A stretch of DNA of 64,000 bases, taken from NCBI GenBank assembly GCA_009103225.1, contig RHPI01002402.1:186001-250000 (forward strand), written 5' to 3'. Under the pieces are notes generated by a model. It saw nothing but the letters and a program-made list of their open reading frames with translations. It was not told the origin of the DNA and made no database searches. Positions 12,101-25,400 of this stretch are shown one piece after another. Positions within the stretch are counted from its first letter, which is position 1. Each line of letters opens with the position of its first letter. The position numbers and the translations under genes were made by a program. Source of the DNA: Chlorokybus atmophyticus (lineage: Eukaryota; Plantae; Mesostigma and Chlorokybus algae).

Positions 12101-13020
12101 TGGTCCGCCCTGCGCCTTCGCCCCCAGCGACAAAACCTCACCTCCTCCTCATCATAACCGCCCCATCAGAGTTCAAACCACCTCGACGGACGCACCCAAC
12201 ACCTTCAGCAAATCCAGCCTCTTGCCAACCCCGATCCCAACCTCCGCCGCCTACGCCGCCGCCGTCAAGCACACCCACAGTAAGCCCAATCTGTCGTCGT
12301 CCGCGTTCCCCTGCCCATCCGCGTGCCACCTGTCAAAGGTGGTGCTAGTCCTGTTCACAGCCCTGCTAGGTAGTTGATCATTGGGATCGCATGAACATTG
12401 CATGGGATGTTATGCTACTTGTTTAGCATGATGCTTGATCCTGCTTGATGCAAGGACGCGTTAAAGCTAGTCCTGGGATCGAGCCTTGAAGTCAACTCGC
12501 ACGCGTGACCCGAGCCGTCCAGCGACATCAGCGACCGCAAACTAACGAAAGCAGACCGAAACGCTGCGATACGCCGCGTATCACGTGATCGAGTGTGACC
12601 GTCACTTGCTGCGACTCTCTCGCTGATCCCGGAAACCGATCCAACACGCAACCACAGGATCGGCGAGCCTGGCTTAGGCTCACTGATCCAGTGTCGCGTA
12701 ACTCTAGGTGGTGTCATCTAGGCCGTTTGATACTTGCGTAACGCAAAGGGCGGGAAAATCGAAGCGGAAGAGGCTGCAAGTTGCAGCTGCGCAGCAGTGA
12801 GCACCAGCTGGCGGAAGGGGCAGTTGGCGGCGGCGACGTGGTCCTTGCCGTGGTTGTCGCTGTCGTCACGGTTTGGGAGGCGTGTGCTTGTGTTGGTGGT
12901 TGCGCAAGTGGACGGGCATTGCTGCGTGGAGACGGGCTGGATTGGCGGTGTTTGGTGGCACCCTTGCTGGTGTTGTTTACCTTCCGGGCGTAAGCTGCTA
13001 AGCCTGTGTGCAATGTGGCC

Positions 13021-13029
13021 AAACCCTAG
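13021..13029 (+). promoter_or_regulatory. Telo-box (AAACCCTAG) upstream of the DnaJ start
   Basis: Telomere-like motif about 80 bp before the ATG. Similar motifs at 34829-34838 (TTTAGGGTTT) and 54141-54150 (ATTAGGGTTT), each near a gene start. Confidence 0.4.
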
Positions 13030-13104
13030 CTCGGTAGATGGAAGCAAGCACAAGAGGCGGGGTGGTCTGATTGTCTAGGTAGGCTTAGAACCTTATTCTT
13101 AAGG

Positions 13105-15000
13105 ATGGCTGCGTCAGGAGCGACTGTCAACCCAGCGGCGCAGCTCCCCAAGCGAGACCTGTATGAGGTGCTGGGCGTGCCTCGGGATGCGACAGAGGAC
13201 CAGATCAAGCAAGCGTATCGCAAGCTGGCCCTGAAGTATGTTCACATTCAGCATCCTTATTCTGCAAGGATTGCATGCACACGCAACCCCTTGCTAATGT
13301 GCTACTGAAGCTGTGTACAGTATATAATCACGGGAGTAGTGTTTAGCTGCCAGATGTGAAAGTGTTGAGTTTGCTGCAGTGGAGGGGCACATCATCGTTG
13401 CAGTACAGTCAGCGGAAGCATCCATGAACTATGCTGTGATTGCGTGCAATGCTGTATAAGGTTGCAGTTACATCCAGGACTGCAGCTTTGCGTTTTACAC
13501 GCAAATGTCGTTGCATGACTTGAATGCAACCTTGGCTCACATTATTGGTGGTGCATGTACTGCAAGTTATGAGTGTACAGGACAGTCTCGTGTGTCTTGT
13601 AGAAGGCCACAACTGGTAGCACTTCTTCTGATGACGTCTATCAGAGCAATCTGAGATAGACTTGGCAATACTAGCTTTCGTTATGTTTTTGTAGGTTTCA
13701 TCCTGATAAGAACACCGGTGCCGTTGAGGAGGCGGCAGAGAAGTTCAAAGAAGTGGCTTATGCACATGGGATCCTGAGTGACCCAAACAAACGCCGTCAA
13801 TATGATGCTGGTGGCCTGGAGGTACGTGCCATCTGCTAGTCATCGTAGTACTTCCAATACATTTGAATGTGAATTCCCTGGCGATGATGACACTCAAATT
13901 TTTGCAATCTTGGACATTCTGATTTGAAACATGGATACATAAACTTGAGAGCCACTGAGGCGCTTCGCTTCTGACACAGGCTGTTGACCTTGATGGCCTG
14001 GATATGGAGCTTGATCTCGCTTCACTTGGTACCATGAACACAATGGTTGCCGCGCTTTTTTCCAAATTGGGTGTGCCCATCAAGACGGCGGTGTCTGCTG
14101 CGGTTCTTGAAGATGCCATGGCTGGGCGAATATCAATTCAGCAGCTCCACTTTGGCGTTCCAGTGCAGGACAAAGTTGACAAGCAGTCATGTCGTTTTTA
14201 CAGACTTGAAGTGCCCGCGCAGTACGCCGATGAGGGTGTTGTCATACGAGTCACTACAGAAAAGCAAAGCAAGCTTAAGCTGCTGTACTTTGAGGGCTCT
14301 GATGCTGGAGGCCTACATCTAGCAATGCAAGAGGATACTGTTAAGGCTGGCAAGGTATGACTGCCCCAGAAATGTCAGTTGCTCTGTGATATGGTGTGCT
14401 GCCTGTGCTGCCTGGTGGTTTTATGACATGCAACTGCCTTTTGTGACACCGGTGCATGCACAGGTTGCGGCGGCAGGTTATTACTTCTTGCACTTTGACA
14501 CATACCGACTGGACACAATGACAGCGCTCGGTGACGATCCGGAGATGCGTCTGTTCAAGCAGTTGGAGGGTCTTCATCCTGTTGAAAAGAACAGGTTGAA
14601 CTCTGGGGAGCATTTCTTTGGCGTGTATGGCGACAACTGGTTTCGACGGGCTTACTACACATTGGAAGCCCATGTGGTGGGTCCTCAGTCCAACGGAGCC
14701 GTGCGACTGCAAGAGATGGACCAGGGTTTGTTGCAGAAGCGTGCTGCATTGCGCGAGTTTCAAGTGGAGTACAGAGAGGCTAAGGCGCGCTTCTTTGCTG
14801 CCCAGGAGCGGTACTTACGGGAGCAGCAGGCCGTTGAGGACTTGATTGCACAACGAGAACAGGCCCGCGCTGTTGTTGGCAGTGGCGGCGCTGTGAATGG
14901 GGAAGCAACCTCGGGCTCTTTTGCGAGTACGTCGGAAGAAGACCATACACAGCTGAAAAAGGGCCGATCCAAGAGTGGGCCCAAGTGGTTCTTTAAATGA
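13105..15000 (+). CDS. ARG1: DnaJ protein of the ARG1/ARL1 (AtJ15/AtJ16) type, multi-exon
   Basis: J-domain [20 protein letters not shown], spliced to [16 protein letters not shown]. Then the family segments [25 protein letters not shown] and [21 protein letters not shown], and a C-terminal coiled coil ending PKWFFK*. Confidence 0.9.
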
Positions 15001-18000
15001 TTCCGCAATATGGTTAGTCTAGGGTTAGAGATTGTATAGTGCAAGTCTCCTGTGTCCACAGTTGTATTGTAACAAGTTCGCTGCATCATTGCTCAGCTAC
15101 AGCGATGCAGGTGATGGTTGTGCAGGGGTCTATCACAAAAGGGTGCTGTGGTGCTGTCTGTTCTTGTCTGCAGGCACAGGTGGTGCGTTCATATACTGAT
15201 GAGGATGGTATGGTCTTCTCTAATTGCGGTTGCCCTCAAAGCAGCGCGCATGGCTACTGCTTACAATGGAGCAAGTAACTTGTTTCAATGAGACATGCTC
15301 AGCCTCGCAACACTGCAGATGGCATGATAGCCTATAGCTGGACATTTTCACAGGCTAATGTTGGTAACCCAATGAAGCAGGATGCCATGACATTTGCAGT
15401 GTGCACGCACAACAGGGATGGGGCGAGGAAGTGTACATGACCATATGTCCAAAGCTGTGAGCAATGACCATTGTTCGTGACTACATGCTTGCCGGATGTG
15501 ACATGTGTTATGCTGTCAAGGATCAGTCCACTTCTTGCATTGTATCATATGAGTAGCTGCACATTAATATACTTGTAACTGTGAAACATGCAGCAACCAC
15601 TATCACATCCATCAATGTGTCCACTGCGTACATAAATTACATGAGATCACAAAATTGCATCGATGGTGTTTGTGTCTGATAGGGGGAATGGGCATACGAC
15701 ATGCATTATGCAATTGCACAAAAACAACGATTGCAAGTGCATGTAATGAAAGTCCAAGATGGACGCATTCACATACAACCTTAGCAGCATTTTCACTTGC
15801 ATAAACCAATTCGACACTTGAATATGATCATGCGTAGCCCGATTTAAGGGGATGCAAAAATGGCATCGAAGCGCATCGTATGTTTCTGTTGTGTTGAATG
15901 TAATCATAAAACCTTTTGCTCGGTTTACGTATGAATTGTTGTTGGACACACGCGGGCAGGTTGCGGAGGATAGTTAGCGCTTCATGTGGCTGTGTACACG
16001 ACGTATGGTATGGAGCACCGCAGGGTGGAGGGCTTATTACAGCTACCTTGGGAGCGCGTGGCGTGCACTGCAGCGAGCACAGGCGTTGTCCGTCATGGAG
16101 TGCGCGGTTGCGATAGCCTTGTTGTGCCGGGTTGTCATTCCATGAGAATTGGTTGCCATAAATACTCGACGCATGCAGAGTCTCATGCACACGCTGCTGA
16201 GAGACGCATGTAGCCGTACCTACACATATGCACTATTTACACATATACGGTTGGTGACCATTCTGCAGAGTCCTTCTGCTGTACAATGGCGATGCCAAAG
16301 TGCCACCGCATTGCTGGAAGGAGGAGGAAGGGGCAGCGGCGCAGGTTCTTGATCTCATGACACCATTGGCAATAGTGCCATGGTCGCTCAGGCTGCAAAG
16401 ACCGACAGCCCCACCTACACTCCGCTGATACCGGACAGTAAGGGAAGGCTGTGCATTGAGGACGACACCAATGCTGCTCTGCACCCCCCATCCAGACCAC
16501 AGGGTGTTTCAAGGGACTTCTCCAGGTCACCTGTTTGTACTTGTACACTCCCAAGCTGTACAGCAGCGGCACTGGGCGCCCATGTCGACGCACAGGACCA
16601 CAACTTTGGAGTGCATCCTCAACCCAACCGTTCTACAGGCGCGTACCCCGTGCCATAGGGCCTGCGAGTACGCACATTGATTATGCCATCAAGGGCATGC
16701 TGGACCATGCATATATGCTTAATGGAAAGGAATGAGGCATTGTACCCCACAACATGCATATCATGAGGGCTCTGCCTAAACGGAAGGAGATCAGCTTTTG
16801 TGCCAGCGCACCACGGAGCAGTGCAGCGCAGGGCAAACCCGTTGACAGCGTGTGTGTTCACATTGTCTACAATGGTGAACCCAACTTGGCACACCTGCCT
16901 GGCACAACCTGACACACATCCAGAATGCTGGAGTGTACCCGCAAGGCCAGTTCCTCGGGCACGTCAGCTACCGGATGAGTGGAGACAATCGAACCACAAC
17001 TGCCGTGCCTTCCTAGCACGGCTCTATCACCTCCTCCTCTTCTGATGAGGCCAGCGCTCATCTCTTCTTGGCCACACATATCGCTTCGGCACCACCGCCG
17101 CCGCTGATGAACTGGCTTTGCCCGCTGCCGTCATCATGCACCACAATGTGCATGCAATCAAGGCAGCCTTGCCTTAAGACTGCCACCTCAACTATGGAGA
17201 TGTCACACTCAGACCGGATCCACATATGGAGCGCTCGTGATCACCATCGATGGATCAGAAGTCTCACGAGCTTCCCGCGCAAACCGACGGACCAGATGGC
17301 GAGGTGAAGAACAGTTATGGTTGTTATAGTCGTTGCCACTAAACAGAGGTAGAAATACTTAACTTGCATGCTCAACTAGGCGGTTGGTAATGCAAGTCCT
17401 TTTCAAACGGCATTGGTTGACTCTTAGCTTCCCGTTGCTACACGTTGTGGTTAGCTGCAGGAGTGCATACCTCTTGCTGAAACTCTGTTACAATAGGAGT
17501 TGTTCTTGATTTGAAGAGTGCGAGTGTGGTGAGGGTGTGGTGACGTTGTTAATATAATACATGCCGTCGAGAAGCCTACAGCTGCTGCCGTCTCACACGC
17601 ATTGTAGCCACCCCGACACCACTACATCATCTTGAGCCAACCATGCGCTCTCTACACCAGTAATTTGTACGATAATGTGCACTGGATGCTTGCAGTAGCC
17701 ACGGTTGAGGTGCATGCGGAGAGCATTGAGAGTAACTTAGCATCAACTCCAAGTGATCCGTTCTGTGCTCATTCACGGGATTACCATATTCTGAATGCAT
17801 AACATGCGTTTAGTGTTTCCGACTTAAAAGCTTTACACCTACAAGTAGAACAACCGTTGTGCCCTAATTCATCATTACCTATTCGCACACATCCTCACTG
17901 ACATAGATACTATGGGAGCGAGCTATGCTGGGCAATATTCATTTGCATTACCAACTGCACATCAGTATTTTTGTTGAAGAAGCTAGCAACACATGTAGCT

Positions 18001-18476
18001 ACGGTTGATGCTGGACATGCACACATACAACTCTACAACCGCGAGAGCATACACAAGAGCAACACTTTCACTTGATTACAACTCAGTCATTGGCTTTTAT
18101 ACCCGCTGCAAGTAAACCTGTCTCTAGAAGCAACTGTGTACGCTACACGTCATCTAACATCATGAAGTCAACTGCATAACGTAGCTAACTTCAAGACCCT
18201 TTTAAACAAGATAAGCCACGTACTAAACGGTGACGTAGCCACTAAGATATGACTGTTCTTTTGCGCACCTCAAAGTCGCACCTTGAACCTTCTCTTCGAG
18301 TGGAGTCTCCGCCTAAAAGCTTGTAAACTGGGGTCCGCGCCAGGAACCTTCCGGCGACCAAACCTTTTGAGGTCACGCCTATGCCTATATGGAGGGCAAG
18401 GATAACCGGATATAGAAATATCTCTAGTACTCACGGGCGGCTTGTCTTCAAGCCTTAAGTCCGTGCTTATGCTTGA

Positions 18477-21400
18477 CTACACGCATATGCCAAGTCCCGA
18501 ACAACACGCCTGAAACTTGAGTGGTGATGACGCCTTTGGCATGAAGTCCGCAAGCATGGCCTCAGTGTTGCAGAATTGGAACTCGACCTCCTTTTTTGTG
18601 ACTCTGTATCGGACAAAGTGATGCATGACATCAATGTGCTTTGTCTGTCCTTGCTGAGGCAAACGGATGCTTCAACACCTTAATGGCCTTGGATGTCGCA
18701 GTGGATTGTGATGCACGCCTTTTGGTGCTTCAGATCTTCCATCAGTTTGTGAAGCCATAAGGCCTCCTTACTAGCTGCTGCTGCTGCCATATTCTCAGCC
18801 ATTTAAGTGGATGCCGATGTGGTTGGCTGCATCTTGCTGTTCCAGCTCACGATGCCTCCATTTAGCTTGAAAACATAGCCAATGGTAGACCTCCTGCTGT
18901 CGAGGTCCAGCCTACGAATTCTAAATCGCAGTGGCCCTCCAACTCAAAGCTCCCGCTCCCAAACTTGATGCCAATGGTTGCACTCCCAGCAACATAGCAA
19001 AGTACACCCTTTGCAGCCTTCCAATGCTCCATGCTCGGTGCAGACATGTAGCGAGCAAAGACTCCAGCAGCATGTGCAATGTCTGAACTTGTGCACATTG
19101 CTAGTTATAATAAAGCATGCTGCCTACTAGTTCACCGTAGGGGTACTTGGCCTTGTTAAGAGCCTCTTCATCCTCCGCTTTAACGAGGTGGGTGCCGTGT
19201 GCAAGTGAAGTGAACTTGGTCTTTGCCTCCTTGAGCCCGAACTTGGTAAAGTCTCCTTACCATCTGCTCCTGACTGATCTTGATGGTGCGCGCCGCTCTG
19301 TCGCGCTTAATAACCATGCTAAGGAACCACTTGGCGTTCTCCAAGATCACATTAAGAACGCCTGCTGCAGTGCCTTCTTGGTCTCCTCAAAGTCTTTCAT
19401 GCGCTTGGCGGTCATAATAATGTCCTCAACATACACCAGCAGGTACATCTGCTTCTCGAGGTGGAAGAAAAGTCCAGGGTCCGCTTAGGACGCCTAAAAG
19501 TCAAGTGCCTCCCACTCCTTGGTGAGGCACATGTGCCACATGCGTGGTGCCTGTCTCATCCCATACAACGCCTTGATAAGCTTGCAAACAGTCCCTGGCT
19601 CCCCATCTTCAAATCCTGGTGGTTACTGGATGTAGTTCTCTTCCTTAAGCTCTCTGTAGAGAAAAGCAGTCTTCACGTCTAGATGGTAAGTCTTCAGCCG
19701 CAACCAGGGCAAGCAATGTGCGGAATGTGGCATACTTACTTGCAGGCGCAAAGATCTCGTTGAAGTCCATGCCTTCTTGTTGCAAAAAGCCCTTTGCCAT
19801 CAGCATTGCCTTCTAGCGCTCTATGTTGCCTTGACCGTCTCCCTTCACCTTGAAGACCCACTTAACAGGGATTGGTTCCTCGCCTGAAGGCAGCTTTTTG
19901 AATACCTGGGTTCGTTTGGCATAGAGTGACGCGATCTCCTTGTCCATGGCTTGCTACCACTGCTCTGCATAAGGTGCTTGCAGTGCCTCCTAGTATGTAC
20001 TTGGCTCCTCTGTGTTTTCTCTCTCTTGGCACACGCCCACAAGTGCCTTGTAGTAGAAGTTAGGACCTTTTCTCTCCCTCTCAGAATAGCGACAAAGCGG
20101 CGCCTGCTGCTGCTCGCCTGAAGCCTTTTAGACGGCGCCTGAAAGTCCTCCGTGATGATGTTCACCTCGCCTAAAGACTCCACTCTATTAGGAACGGCTG
20201 TGGCTGTACCTCATTTTCATCCTTTAAAAGAAGCCCGCTTCTGATAGTGAACCCTCGTGGAACACCACCTCTGTGCTGACGATGATCTTGTGGCTTTCCT
20301 CTATTAAAATCATGTACGCCTTTGAGCCTAATTCGTAGCCAACAAAGACTCCCTTGTTGCTGACTGGCTCCATCTTGTGCCGTAGCTGCTTTGGCACTTG
20401 TACAGCTGTACTTGTTTGGCACTTGTGCATATGCTGTGCAACCAAATACACGCATACTACTTACATCCGGTGCAACTCCATGGATTAGCTCCCACGGTGT
20501 CTTTCTATCAGAGCTCACAGGTGACAGATTTTGGATGTAGTTGGCAGTGAGGACGGCCTCCTTCCACAGAGAGTCCTCCAACTTGCAATTAGCATAGCCC
20601 ACACGCGCTCCAACAGGGTCTGGTTCAGGCATTTTGGCGCTCCGTTTTGCTGTGGAATGTAGGGCCCCATCATGGTTGTCATCAATGATTGTCTCATGCC
20701 TTATCCCTTTGCTGGCGAAGAAATCCTTGAGCTGGGCATTGATGTACTTCCCTCCTTGATCACTACGCATTGCCTTCATCTTCTTGCCTAATTGTGTCTC
20801 CAGCAATGCCACGCATAGATCCTTCAACTTTTCAGTTCGGAGATAGAGGGTAGATGATGGACAGCTTGCTGTGATCGTTGAAGAAAGTTGCAAAGTACCT
20901 TAACCCCTCCCTTTGCCACAACGCGCATAGGCCCGCAAACTATTATGGAACCGTACAGCCGACTAGGCTAGCCTCGCTCGAGGCTAGCCTAGTCGGCTGT
21001 ATGGTTCCTTAACACAAACATCCATGTGCACCAACTCGCCTGGATGACTGCTACAGGGAGATTACGGGAACGGCTATCTATGCTGCTTGGCCATGCCACA
21101 GGGTGCGCACAGCACACCTAAAGACGTCTCAAAGTCTTCCTTGCTGATATGGATGCCCATAACCTGATCTTCAGCCATCAGGCGTGTGAGGTTGTTGTAG
21201 CCAAGATGGCCCAACCACATATGCCAAAGTTTAGCCGTTTCCTTCTCCGTCACCACGTTGGCCTTCATGCTATGAAGCTGCTCCTTGCGTGATGCCAACC
21301 ATGTCACATGGTTGTCATGCACGATGCATGACCCCGTCTATGAGCACAGAGCATCGACCCTCTCGGATGACGATTTCAGGTCCGACACGCTCAGCAACCC

Positions 21401-22440
21401 TCACAAATGGACTAGCAGCAGCCCCAAGAATGTGCGGAACCTCTCTCAACAAGACCTCTCTCACACCATTACCAACCTTGCAATGGAGCCACACTTCACC
21501 CACGCGTACAGCCTCCAGCATGTGACCACTAAAGCCCTCCACCTTTCTTGTGGGTTGCAGCTTTCTATAGTCCTCCATGACCTCCATGTGTGGCGTCAAG
21601 CGCTGGTCGCATCCATAGTCTATTGCCCATGATGTGGTAGACAACTCTCTTAATGCAGTGCAGGCAATGTTCTTCTCCTTGCGATGGTCGTTGCCGTTGG
21701 TGTTGGTGCTGGTGATGGCTCCTTGTTCTCGTTGGCGCTTGCGACAGTCTCTCACGATGACCCTTGAAGCCACAGTAATTGTGTGAGGTTCTTGCGCCTA
21801 ATGTTGTTGTTGCCGCATTTGCCTTTGTTCTTCTTTTTAAGGTTGTAGGGTTTTGCTTGTTTGTGTAGCAGGCAACAGCGTCCACGTGCACGTTCTTTCT
21901 TCACCACACGTTGCTCTACAGTTAGTAACTTGGGCAACACATCGTCCAGGGTCAGCTCCAATGATAATGTCTCTAGCAGAGTGGTGACGCATTCATACTC
22001 TGCTTATGGACCTGCCATAGCCATTAGTACAACCTCCGGCTCTCCCATCTGACAGGTGACGTTATTGAGGTCCGCCCACAGCTCTCTTGCACGCGCAACA
22101 AATTTGGTAATGGTCATTCACCACCCTCCATCTTAAGCGCACTTAGCTGCTTGCGAAGCGTAAGCTTTCTGGCGTTGGTCTTAACCTAGAACACGGATAC
22201 AAGCTTCTCCTAAGCATGCCTCCCATGATTACATGTGATGAACATGAGAAAGTGATGCGGTTTGCAATCAAACAAGCAGAGAGTGTGCTTCTGCTGAACG
22301 CTCAGACCACACAATATACTCCCCTGGTATTGGTGGTGCCTTCGGATCCACATCCTTCCACATCTTCTTGTGGATGAGAAGCGCCTTCATCTCCACACAC
22401 CATATACAGTACAGGTTGCGCACCCTGTGAGACGATGCTA
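18477..22440 (-). mobile_element. Decayed Ty1/Copia LTR retrotransposon (gag-PR-IN-RT-RNase H); LTRs not identified
   Basis: Gag start ..CIWCVEMKALLIHKKMWKDVD (about 22410-22350); zinc knuckle HNYCGFKGHR (about 21780); protease-like WAIDYGCDQRLT; GAG-pre-integrase LWHMWLGHLGYNNL; integrase ELVHMDVC-GPM and RSDQGGKY; RT YLLVYVEDII (catalytic D to E); RNase H KHIDVMHHFVR..MLADFMPK. Many stops and frameshifts. Confidence 0.92.
20941..21012. mobile_element. 72-bp foldback insertion (30-bp arms, 2-nt loop) with a probable 7-bp target duplication, inside the Copia integrase
   Basis: Arms 20947-20976 and 20979-21008 are complementary except for one G.T pair. Flanks are CGCAAAC (20934-20940) and CACAAAC (21013-21019). 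Removing the insert plus one flank restores ELVHMDVCGPM. Confidence 0.85.
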
Positions 22441-22499
22441 ACAACAGGGTGCATACAGAGATGCAAGTGTGTGGACATTTTCTATAGGAGCTACCATAG

Positions 22500-25400
22500 A
22501 AACTCTAGTTCGCGGTCCGTACGGAGATGGAAAGAAAGCACGATGAGGTGAAGGACTGGGAGTTTGACGTGTTGGGTGAAATTGCTAAGCGCAAGGAGCG
22601 AGAGAGCAAGAAACCGAGCAGGTGATAAAAACCAGCTCGACTGCCAGCTTCTCTGGCAGTTAGCCCAAACCAAAAGAAACTGGCAGCAAGAAGCCCTTCA
22701 CCAAGCAGGCTCACATTACAAAACAGAAGAAGCGACCAATTCCTGCAACGAAAAACACAACAACAAGCTGTTGTTGCTGTGTCGCTGGTGGTCACCGAAG
22801 AGAAGAGTGCCCACAGTGGAAGGAAGGCAAGGTAGAGTGCCAACACTGTGGAAGGGTCACACCGAGCAAGGCTCAGCCAACGGGAAAAGCATTGAGAAAG
22901 GAGACCAGCCAAGCAAGGTGCCGCCAGGGAGGACACCACTGCTGCCGCACAGCCTACAACTTTTACACAGGCCCAGATGGACTCCATGATGGCATCCAAG
23001 ATGCAGGAGATGGAGGCCATGATGGCTTCAATGCCTACGCCTTGACGAGGTGGTATTGCAGAGGCCATATGCAATGGCAGTGGAAGCCTTTTAAGCCCCA
23101 GAGATGGGCGTGGCGACAAGAGCACGTCAGATACTGCACCCTGCTTCAAAGGAGAAGGGAGTGGCAACACAAGGAGCAAATTATGGAAGAAAGAAAGCAC
23201 CACCACGGCTGCCTGCCGCCTTCCGCATCTTGCCACCCACTCTCAATATTCAATACTATCAAATACTCAGAAAGAGAGCGCATCGGCACAGCTGCCAGGA
23301 GCAACCCACCGTGGGTGACCTGCTGTGGAAGAAATCAGGTGACCTGCTGTGGAAGAAATCCTCATCATCAGGCATGTGGTGCCAAGACTATTGTCTACAC
23401 CCATAATGACCTAAGCAAGGTTGGGGTGCACCGCCAAGCATGTTCGAAACGCGCTGAAGCAAGAGCTGCAAAGCGCCACCCCTTAGCAACCTCCTGAAGA
23501 GATGATTGAGGCTGATGAGGAGCTGATGGAGCTTGAGAGGGAGGCTCATCTGACCGTAAGTAGGGATGAAGGTCCACCCGCTGTACTCAGTCACAAACGT
23601 GTCGCGGAGGTACGCAATGAGGGGGGCTAAATACGCGTCAACGGCAACCTGCCTTGGCACATTCTGGTTGACACGGGAGCAGAGCTAGCCATGCCGGGTG
23701 GAAGAGCTACTCAGGTGCTGGGGCTACAAGATTCATCTTTTAGCCGCTCCATATGAGATCAAGATTGTCGAAAGAGGTAGTGAGAGTGCAAGAGATATCA
23801 CCCGTGATCCGGTGACCTTACAGGGCAGCAAGGGGAAAAGACTTCCAATGCGATACGCTGCTTGGTCACTGACGCCACCAGCTACAACATGTTGCTGGGA
23901 CAGGAAGCAGTTTTACCAGTAGGTGGAGGTTTGGACATCTGAATCCAAGAGGGATTTTTTCGGCCAAGGTGGAAGGATGATCAAGGCCAAAAGGCTTACT
24001 TTCCCCCAACAGTGCTCAAGAGTGGAGCCACAAGGATGGTGACCTCCATTGAGACGAAGATGGGGTTCTACACAGAGCTGCCATTCACCATAGAACTATG
24101 GGAGCAATGTGAACAGGAAGCTCACACTGCCTCCATCAGAGAGCCTAAGACATTGGCATCAGTATCATTCACAGAGTAGCAAGCTGCTGGGGGGGTCCGA
24201 GCTGCTTTACCAGAAGCTGCTCACACGGCGCACCGAGGCGCTGCGCAAGGTAGAGAAGGCATGAATGAAAGGGGTACATGCACGGCTACTTGCAAAAAGA
24301 CCAGAGGAGGTGTCATTGCCACAGTTGCCTATCTGCGCTAATGCAATTCGCTGGGATGTATTCAAAGAAGGTGTTTGTCTAGCAAAAAATCTTTGATGGC
24401 ACGGCAAGTGGGCTAGCTGCAGCATTGAACGCTGACATCAAAGTATGACAGTACTTGTATGTGGATCCGGACCCTGTAGCACAGTAGAGTGATGCGCTTC
24501 ATGCCACCATATTATAACGCAAGTATCCGCATCTGTTGCCATTGAGTGCGCTGAGAGGAAATCAGAAGGCACTGCCTTCGTATATACGGTTGGTCACGGC
24601 AGCACATCTGTCTGCAGTAGGGCAGATTGACATGATGATTGCTGGGTGGGAATGTCAAGGACATTCCAGAGCAGGAGTTGAGAAGGGTCTTCCAGTGGAA
24701 GACCCTCGGTCAAATTGTTTTGGGAGCTGGTCCGAGTTCTACAGATGTTGCAAGCTACAAAGAAGGATAACACCCTTGCCTACCCGATAAAAATGTGCCT
24801 GCTGTTGATGATCGCCGCGACCATCGTCCGCCGTGATTACTAGATTGTAAGGTCGATACTGGGACATGAGGTCGTATTGGATGCAGCACAGTTCGGGTCA
24901 CGCGCACATCAATCGAGAGTGTTGTGGACAAACCGGACACCCGTCGAGCTGCTCAAGCGCAGCAAAAGTATTGAAGACCGGGTCAACTATTGGGCAGTGA
25001 CATACTTGAGGAAGGGAACCACAGCCTGTGCAGAAGGCCGACATGCCGCTACAACACTTTATTACAAGGTTGGAGAGCCAAGAAGAGCACTTGCCCTGGT
25101 TACCTACCCTGCCAGTTATGCTTTTCGAAACCACGGATCGTGCATGGTCTACAATAATAAGTCAGCTCGGTGGGAAGAGCCTACCGCTGACGAGCTCGAG
25201 AGAAAGAGAGCCATGGAGTTTTTGCCAGGGGCAACCTAAGCACCTGGGCTAACAGAGCAGCAGCGAAGAATGTTGCTGGGCCAAGCGCTAAATAAGATCA
25301 GCTTGGTGTGGATTTTGATTGGGTCCTTGACTGCCGAGAGGTAGCAAACCATGCTCACACACTTGTCTCGGCGAAGCAACATGACAGCCAAAGCCAGAGC

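Noticed and set aside
13625-13665. Intronic C/D-box snoRNA in the DnaJ intron (TGATGA..CTGA with a small stem)
   Set aside because: The boxes are only about 20 nt apart, with no terminal stem or recognisable guide.
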